NCBI GenBank assembly: GCA_019429325.1
Contig: JAHYJA010000003.1
Span: forward strand, 1-53,648
Direction: 5' to 3'
DNA from: Bacteroidales bacterium
Lineage (GTDB): Bacteria > Bacteroidota > Bacteroidia > Bacteroidales > VadinHA17
Length of the DNA stretch: 53,648 nucleotides
A model generated the notes under the pieces. That model worked only from the letters and a program-made list of their open reading frames with translations, was not told where the DNA came from and made no database searches. Position numbers and translations under genes: made by a program. This document shows, piece after piece, positions 47,780 through 53,648 of this stretch (positions are counted from its first letter, which is position 1; each line of letters starts with the position of its first letter).

Positions 47780-48962
47780 TTACGATCTCCCCTTTTTTAA
47801 TGCTTAATTTCCCGGCAGGCACCTGCATTATGCCATCGGCATGGGTCAGGGATGCAATGTGTGCCGATCCGTGGAATTCTACGGGAGTTACAGATCCCCT
47901 TTTATCAATTATTACCGGGATGCATGCCATGCGGTCAGCAGACTTTCGTGAGTAATCAACTCCTGCCGGGAGGGCTATATCCGCGATGCCGGTGCGACAT
48001 CCCATCATCCTCAGGATCAGCGGGCGGACAAGCAGTTCAAACTGTATGAAGGATGACACCGGGTTGCCCGGCAGGCCAAAAACGAGTGCCGCGGGATGAG
48101 CTCCGAATGTGGTTGGTTTTCCCGGTTGAACGGCTACCCTGGTAAAGAGTATTTTCACCCCGGCCCTCTCCATCACCATCGGCACAAAATCAAATTCTCC
48201 CATTGAAACGCCCCCGGTGATAATAACTATATCATTTTCGATTATTGCCTTTTCAACTATTCTGTATGTTTCTTCTTTATCGTCAGAGGCAATCCCGTAA
48301 AAGGCCGGGACAGCTCCTGCCCTTACGGCCTGTGCGGTGAGCTGATAAGAATTGCTGTCCCTAATCTGTCCGGGAGCAGGTTTATCTGCAGGAACCACAA
48401 GTTCGTTTCCTGAGCTTATGACTGCCAGTGCCGGTCTCTTTCTTGCCAGTACCCGTGTGCAACCCGCTGCAGCCATCACCGCGATATCCTGAGGTTTGAT
48501 AAGCGTACCGGCCTCCAGTACCTGATCTCCGGCCCTGATATCCTCGCCCCGCAACGAAATATTGTTCTTCCCTGACGATCCTCTGAAAATTATTCTGCCC
48601 GAAGGAAGAATTTCCGTATCTTCAACCATAACAACCATATCGCATTCTGCAGGGACCACACTCCCTGTCATAATCTTTGAGCATTGCCTTCTGCCGACAG
48701 GTACTTCCGGCATTTTGCCGGCAGGAATTGTTTCGACGACCTCAAGTTCCGAACCGATGTCTTCCCTTCTGCAGGCGTAACCGTCAACCGCGGACCTGTT
48801 AAAGGGAGGCATGTCGATGTCGCTCAGAACATTTTCAGCCAGAACCCTTCCTGTTGAGCTGTCAAAGAGGATTTCCTCCACACCCGTTTCAAAGGCAGAA
48901 TCCGTGACTATTCTCAGCGCCTCTTCAAACTGTATCATAGGTGAGTCTGTTATACTTTTCAT
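47763..48962 (-). CDS. moeA: Molybdopterin metal insertase
   Basis: PPFNRSAVDGYA, IMTG, SSGNEL, DSNS, GGVSMG.FD, QPGKP, GLPGNPVS. Confidence 0.96.
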   Translation of the reverse strand: MKSITDSPMIQFEEALRIVTDSAFETGVEEILFDSSTGRVLAENVLSDIDMPPFNRSAVDGYACRREDIGSELEVVETIPAGKMPEVPVGRRQCSKIMTGSVVPAECDMVVMVEDTEILPSGRIIFRGSSGKNNISLRGEDIRAGDQVLEAGTLIKPQDIAVMAAAGCTRVLARKRPALAVISSGNELVVPADKPAPGQIRDSNSYQLTAQAVRAGAVPAFYGIASDDKEETYRIVEKAIIENDIVIITGGVSMGEFDFVPMVMERAGVKILFTRVAVQPGKPTTFGAHPAALVFGLPGNPVSSFIQFELLVRPLILRMMGCRTGIADIALPAGVDYSRKSADRMACIPVIIDKRGSVTPVEFHGSAHIASLTHADGIMQVPAGKLSIKKGEIVNVRQI

Positions 48963-48964
48963 AA

Positions 48965-50026
48965 TTATATACGTTCGTCCAGTACTACGGCCGCCCGGGC
49001 AGGGAAAGTTATCCAGACGTCAGACAATTCCCTTGCTTCAAGTTGTTCAAATTCTTCCTGCCTGACATCAACAAAAAATTTCTCACCGGCATCAACCAGG
49101 AGTTCCATCCCATAAACGCAGGGGATAATGTCAGTTATGGTTCCCATAAAGCAGTTGTCATGTTCCCCGCCAGGTTTTTCCCTGAAGACTTTCACATCAT
49201 CGCTCCGTATAATGATGAGGCCCTCACCTGAATGATCGTCCCCCTCTATGTTGAAAACCAGTTTATTAGGGCAGATGGCTTTCCATTTTCCTCTTTCCCG
49301 GGTGAACCGTACCCTGAAAAAATTTCTGATACCCGCATATCGCGCTACGAACTTGTTGACCGGTTTTCTGAAGACCTCGGCAGGCAAACCCTCCTGAATT
49401 ATTCTTCCGTTATGGATAACTCCCGCCCTGGAAGCCAGATTCACAGCTTCCCTGTAATCGTGAGTAACATGTATTATGGTATGTCCGTCCCTGTTAAGCT
49501 TCCTCAGTATACCCTTTATGTCGTCTCTCAGGCTTGCATCTACTGAAGCCATTGGTTCATCAAGGAGCAGGAGCCGGGGTGATGTGATGAGTGTGCGAGC
49601 CAGAGCCACCCTCTGCAGTTCTCCTCCTGACAGGTTTTGTGTGTTGCGGTTCAGGAGATGATCTATGTTCATTCCGGCCGCAATGCCTTTAACTGCTGTG
49701 AATATTGCCTTTCTTCCGGTTTTCCTGGCCATCAGCGGGTATGCTATATTGCCGTATACCGTCATATTGGGAAATATTGCATAATCCTGAAACACCAGGC
49801 CTGTATTTCGTTTCTGAATCTTCCGTTGCGTAATATCCTCATTATCAAGCCAAATATTTCCTGAATCCGGGAATGTCAGGCCGGCAATGAGCTCAAGTAG
49901 CAATGTCTTTCCTGATCCTGACCGCCCCAGGAGTACATAATACTCGCCTTCCCTGATATTGAGGTTTATGTCTGACAGAGCAAACTGGCCAAATCTCTTG
50001 TTAATATTTTCAAGCCTCAGCATCAT
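48965..50026 (-). CDS. wtpC: Tungstate/molybdate ABC transporter ATP-binding subunit
   Basis: GRSGSGKT, LSGGELQR, LLLDEP, HVTHD; C-terminal TOBE-like region. Confidence 0.8.
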   Translation of the reverse strand: MMLRLENINKRFGQFALSDINLNIREGEYYVLLGRSGSGKTLLLELIAGLTFPDSGNIWLDNEDITQRKIQKRNTGLVFQDYAIFPNMTVYGNIAYPLMARKTGRKAIFTAVKGIAAGMNIDHLLNRNTQNLSGGELQRVALARTLITSPRLLLLDEPMASVDASLRDDIKGILRKLNRDGHTIIHVTHDYREAVNLASRAGVIHNGRIIQEGLPAEVFRKPVNKFVARYAGIRNFFRVRFTRERGKWKAICPNKLVFNIEGDDHSGEGLIIIRSDDVKVFREKPGGEHDNCFMGTITDIIPCVYGMELLVDAGEKFFVDVRQEEFEQLEARELSDVWITFPARAAVVLDERI

Positions 50027-50816
50027 CGGTGATTTGAGTTATTTTTTTTCTTCGCGCCACTATGCGGAGCATTATGAAAACCATAAGGGCAACCAGTATA
50101 AAGAGCACTGAAGCCGGGCGCGAATAGCTCAGTCCATATGAGCTGAACCTTTCATATATCAGCACCGGCGCTATCATCGGGTGGTAGGCAACAATAACCA
50201 CCGCTCCGAACTCACTCATTCCCCTGGCGAACATCATTACAAATCCGGTAATAATGCTCTGCCGGGCGAGAGGTATTGATATTGTAAAAAAGACCCTCGA
50301 ACGGCTTGCCCCAAGATTAAGCCCCGCTTTCTCGAGTTTTTCAGGTACGGCAGCAAAGCCGTCGCGGGCAGAGTTAATAAAGAAGGGCAGGCTGACAAAG
50401 GCCATAGCAAGGGCAATTCCCGCGGGGTTGTTTATAAGGTTCAGTCCCATTGCATCGGCTGCCCTGCCCAGTGCTCCGTCGCGTGAGATAAATCCCAGAA
50501 TCGCAATCCCCGCCGCGGTATGTGGCAATACCACAGGCAGATCGATAATGCCCTGCACCACATTTTTAAGGGGGAAGTTACGCCGTGCCATAAACCATGC
50601 CAGCGGAACAGCGCCAAGGGCAGAAATGAAAGTAGCGGCAAATGAGACCCAGAGAGTCAGCCAGATGCTCTGCTGAACCTCCCTGTCGCCTGCTGTCTCA
50701 AAGAAGTCGGACGGAGCTGTGTGAATGAACAACCCTGCCAGGGGAGCCAGGATGAACAACAATACAAGCGAAGATAATATGAGCAGAATCCAGTTAAAAG
50801 GGTTATATCTTATCAT
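50010..50816 (-). CDS. wtpB: Tungstate/molybdate ABC transporter permease
   Basis: Start at ATG 50816; IDLPVVLPHTAAGIAIL, EAA-like loop, ARGMSEFGAVVIVAYHP. Confidence 0.85.
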   Translation of the reverse strand: MIRYNPFNWILLILSSLVLLFILAPLAGLFIHTAPSDFFETAGDREVQQSIWLTLWVSFAATFISALGAVPLAWFMARRNFPLKNVVQGIIDLPVVLPHTAAGIAILGFISRDGALGRAADAMGLNLINNPAGIALAMAFVSLPFFINSARDGFAAVPEKLEKAGLNLGASRSRVFFTISIPLARQSIITGFVMMFARGMSEFGAVVIVAYHPMIAPVLIYERFSSYGLSYSRPASVLFILVALMVFIMLRIVARRKKITQITDDAEA

Positions 50817-50820
50817 CAGA

Positions 50821-51804
50821 CTATAGTGCCGTTTTTGCTGTATCAAAATATTTCTTAAGCTGTTCCGGTATAAGGCCGGGAGTATCGGTTACAGGAGGGA
50901 CCAGCGGTTCCTGTCCGCAATCCCTGAATATCTTCTCTCCTTCCAGGCTCAGCAGGAAGTCAATGAAACTGATTGCTTCCTCTTTCATCGGGGCATCCCT
51001 CAGGATTGTCAGGCTGTAATTGATATAATCACCCTTCACCTGCATCCTCTGGCCGGGGCTTCTTCCGGCTATACCGACCGATACAGATCCGTAGAGATCG
51101 TTCCTGTCCGGATCGGAGAGGTTAATCTCTGAAGGCAGTTCAATGAATCTGAATCCATGTTGTATCGCAACTGATTTATACTGAAACATATAATCAATGG
51201 CTTTCGACTCTGCGAGTGCGATCAGGTCCACCTCTTTCGGACGAATATAATTTTTGTTCTTATTCAAAATCTTTTCTGTCAATCCCGGTTCACCATAATA
51301 GATCTCTGCAAGCTTTACTGCAAGCACCGATCTGTAACCGCAAGGATCGGAATCCGGATCCGACCGTCCGTATATAACATCATCCCTGAGCAGGATATCA
51401 GTCCAGTTTCCTGAGTTTATTACTGATGAATACTCTGATCTGTCAGTGAAGGCTATAACTATCTCGTTGGTAGCAAATTTTATGCTCCAGTCAGCATATT
51501 CGGGAATAAGAAGTTCGTCTATAACAAAATAATCAGCGGAGGCCATTATATCGCATGATTTCTTCAGTTCAGTGATCTTGCGGGCACTAACAAGGCTTCC
51601 TGCAGACTCCAGGAGAATGTTAATGTCCGGATGACTCTTCCGGTACTCCTCCGCCAGCTTTCTGAACGGAACTGAAAGGCTGCCGGCGTGGAAGATTATC
51701 ACGTTCCGTTTCCCACGGCTCTGATTGTTGCAGCCGGACAGCAATAAAAATATAAAAGTCAAAATCAGGATTATCAGACCTGCCCATCTTATTCTATTGT
51801 TCAC
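50821..51804 (-). CDS. wtpA: WtpA-type tungstate/molybdate-binding lipoprotein
   Basis: LSGC lipobox; FHAGSLSVPF, ESAGS, ASADY, DPDSDPCGYR, RPKEVDL, YKSVAIQH; -7 box TACCTTTG at 51853-51846. Confidence 0.9.
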   Translation of the reverse strand: MNNRIRWAGLIILILTFIFLLLSGCNNQSRGKRNVIIFHAGSLSVPFRKLAEEYRKSHPDINILLESAGSLVSARKITELKKSCDIMASADYFVIDELLIPEYADWSIKFATNEIVIAFTDRSEYSSVINSGNWTDILLRDDVIYGRSDPDSDPCGYRSVLAVKLAEIYYGEPGLTEKILNKNKNYIRPKEVDLIALAESKAIDYMFQYKSVAIQHGFRFIELPSEINLSDPDRNDLYGSVSVGIAGRSPGQRMQVKGDYINYSLTILRDAPMKEEAISFIDFLLSLEGEKIFRDCGQEPLVPPVTDTPGLIPEQLKKYFDTAKTAL

Positions 51805-51997
51805 CAGTATATTAAATTAATGATGTAAAATTGAACCGGCTTTATCAAAGGTAGAATTTATTAATAATCTGCACCATGACAATAATCAATAAGTTAAGCC
51901 TTGCCTTAATAATGAAGCATAACCCGGAAGTCAGAATAAAGGAATGTTTCAAATAACAATATTTGTAAATATCTTTATGGCAGAAAATTAACTGACA

Positions 51998-52585
51998 ATG
52001 AGGTTACCGGATATCCAGGACCATCTTCGCAGGTACAGGGTTGGTATTGCAGGTGCCGGAGGGCTCGGTTCAAACTGCGCGGCCGCTCTTGCCAGGTGTG
52101 GTGTCGGGACGCTGGTAATCTCCGATTTTGACCGGATAGAGGAGGGCAATCTAAGTCGCCAGTACTACTTCACCGATCAGGTGGGCATGATGAAAACAAC
52201 AGCCCTGAAAGAGAATCTTGCCCGTATCAATCCTGAGGTATTTGTGATCATCTACCAGAAAAAACTTGACCCTGAGAATATCCCTGTAATATTTTCCGGC
52301 TGTGACGTTATTGTTGAGGCATTCGACAAAGCAGAAATGAAAGAGATGCTCATTGAAACAGTTCAGACATTAATGCCGGGAATACCTCTGGTTGTGGGTT
52401 CAGGACTGGCCGGATGGGGAATGAGCAATGAGATAAGATGCAGGAAGGTCGATGATACATTTTATGTTTGCGGTGATGAATCATCCGAGACAACCGATGA
52501 GATGCCCCCGATGGCTCCCCGCGTTGGCATGGTGGCCAGTATGCAGGCAAATGTTGTGATTGAGATCCTGATGGAGATGAATTAA
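51998..52585 (+). CDS. thiF: Sulfur-carrier adenylyltransferase ThiF (short form)
   Basis: VGIAGAGGLGSN, DFD.IE..NL.RQ, VEAFD, APRV..A..QAN. Confidence 0.9.
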   Translation: MRLPDIQDHLRRYRVGIAGAGGLGSNCAAALARCGVGTLVISDFDRIEEGNLSRQYYFTDQVGMMKTTALKENLARINPEVFVIIYQKKLDPENIPVIFSGCDVIVEAFDKAEMKEMLIETVQTLMPGIPLVVGSGLAGWGMSNEIRCRKVDDTFYVCGDESSETTDEMPPMAPRVGMVASMQANVVIEILMEMN

Positions 52586-52600
52586 AAAGCAAAGTTCCGA

Positions 52601-52804
52601 ATGAAGATATTACTGAACAACAAAACGGAGGAGTTCGATAAAGATACCATGTCTGTATCTGAAATGCTTGAAATCAAAAAATTCTCTTTCCGCATGAGGA
52701 TAGTAAAAATTAACGGGCTCTTCATCCCGAAGGAAAAGTACGACTCAGCATTTATTAAGGATGGAGACAATGTCCAGATGCTTTATCTTATGAGCGGCGG
52801 ATAA
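52601..52804 (+). CDS. thiS: ThiS/MoaD-family sulfur carrier protein
   Basis: 67 aa; VKING, DGD.V, C-terminal GG. Confidence 0.9.
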   Translation: MKILLNNKTEEFDKDTMSVSEMLEIKKFSFRMRIVKINGLFIPKEKYDSAFIKDGDNVQMLYLMSGG

Positions 52805-52830
52805 AAAAAAAGTTGTAGGTTTGCATTATT

Positions 52831-53169
52831 ATGTTAAGGCCAAAGTTCATAGACCGTATACCACCTGTTTTAAGGAACAAATACCTTCTGACATCGGTTA
52901 TATTTATCCTCTGGCTTCTGTTTTTCGACTCAAATAACCTGATTGCCAGATACAAGGAACTGCGGAACCTCAATAAACTACGTGCAGACAGGGAGTATTA
53001 TGCAAACCGGATTGAGGAAGAGCGCCGCAAGCTGCACGAGTTGAAGACCGACAACCGTAATCTTGAGAAGTACGCCAGGGAACAGTACCGTATGAAGAGG
53101 GCCGATGAAGATCTTTATATCGTTGTAACTGCGGCGGAAGACAGAAAGATCAGGAAAAGGACTTATTGA
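52831..53169 (+). CDS. ftsB: FtsB/DivIC septum formation initiator
   Basis: NKY..TM..FFD.N, coiled coil, LEKYAREQY.MK..DED. Confidence 0.9.
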   Translation: MLRPKFIDRIPPVLRNKYLLTSVIFILWLLFFDSNNLIARYKELRNLNKLRADREYYANRIEEERRKLHELKTDNRNLEKYAREQYRMKRADEDLYIVVTAAEDRKIRKRTY

Positions 53170-53648
53170 CTGTCGTATTCAAGAGTCCGGCAAATCATCA
53201 GAAGCCCTGCCGGATCATCAGGAACTGATTTTATTCCCAGGCTGTGAAGCAATTCACGGGCAGATTCAGTAACCGGTACTCTGCTGAGAATATTCATATG
53301 AACAAAATTCAGATATTTTACTGTCCTGAACATATTGAACCAGTTGAAAAATCTTTTTTTGAATGACTGCAAACCGGAAGTATTGGTTTTTATTTCCTTA
53401 ATCCGCCCGCTCCACTCTTTTTCAGCAATGAACGCCCTTACCCCGGATGGGACTTCGCTGTAAATAAAACTGTTCTCTTCTGTGCCATTATTGAAGGCTC
53501 TGTCTATGATACCGAATAATGCCCTGAGTTCCCTGAATCCCCGGAAATTATAAGTAAGAAGGTCCTTCTGATTTTCGCTGACAATTCTTGCGACCACCGG
53601 GCCCGTGCCGAAAGGCACCCTGCCGGATGGCCGGGGTGACGGATAGAC
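53163..53648 (-). CDS. C-terminal part of a probable GT2-like glycosyltransferase (5' end outside window)
   Basis: Frame open to the edge: VYPSPRPSGRVPFGTG..FF.WFN.FR.VKY. Confidence 0.6.
   Translation of the reverse strand, partial: VYPSPRPSGRVPFGTGPVVARIVSENQKDLLTYNFRGFRELRALFGIIDRAFNNGTEENSFIYSEVPSGVRAFIAEKEWSGRIKEIKTNTSGLQSFKKRFFNWFNMFRTVKYLNFVHMNILSRVPVTESARELLHSLGIKSVPDDPAGLLMICRTLEYDSQ

Noticed and set aside
51805-51997. Moco/Wco or TPP riboswitch, or ModE box
   Set aside because: AT-rich with no recognisable conserved cores or stems; an Rfam scan would be needed to exclude them fully
52803-52811. A9 run as a phase-variation switch before ftsB
   Set aside because: Short homopolymer that includes the thiS stop, in AT-rich DNA; no supporting evidence

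Overview
This window is chromosomal DNA from a Bacteroidota organism, probably an anaerobic Bacteroidales. The evidence is TAnnTTTG -7 promoter boxes, the amn-holA and nqr-DUF5103 gene order, and a fused E1 alpha/beta dehydrogenase. 1-15 kb: a rhamnose/uronate-type CAZyme cluster (GH105 x2, GH106-like x2, Tat GH5, tandem DUF1080, a collapsed GH43 remnant) with a lipoprotein and TonB receptor but no SusC/D pair. 15-25 kb: a FadL-like porin and a lipoprotein-TonB receptor-PhoB-PhoR locus with a candidate Pho box. 25-37 kb: selD-yedF, a hydrolase, a NUDIX fusion, housekeeping genes, a divergent PEPCK-like protein and a 2-oxoacid dehydrogenase E1. 37-46 kb: a small Cys-rich membrane protein, apbE, nqrA-F and the T9SS plug. 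46-53 kb: a WtpABC tungstate/molybdate transporter with moeA-moaA-moaC-mogA, and a divergent thiF-thiS pair. The most striking unexplained signal is non-coding. Most larger intergenic gaps hold composite tracts of 7-9 bp tandem repeats, often starting at stop codons. Several recurrent hairpin micro-elements lie in or near them; one sits in-frame in a gene with a 7-bp duplication and another shows a compensatory base change. No rRNA, tRNA, CRISPR array or transposase was seen. All family calls come from motif recognition by eye, not database searches.
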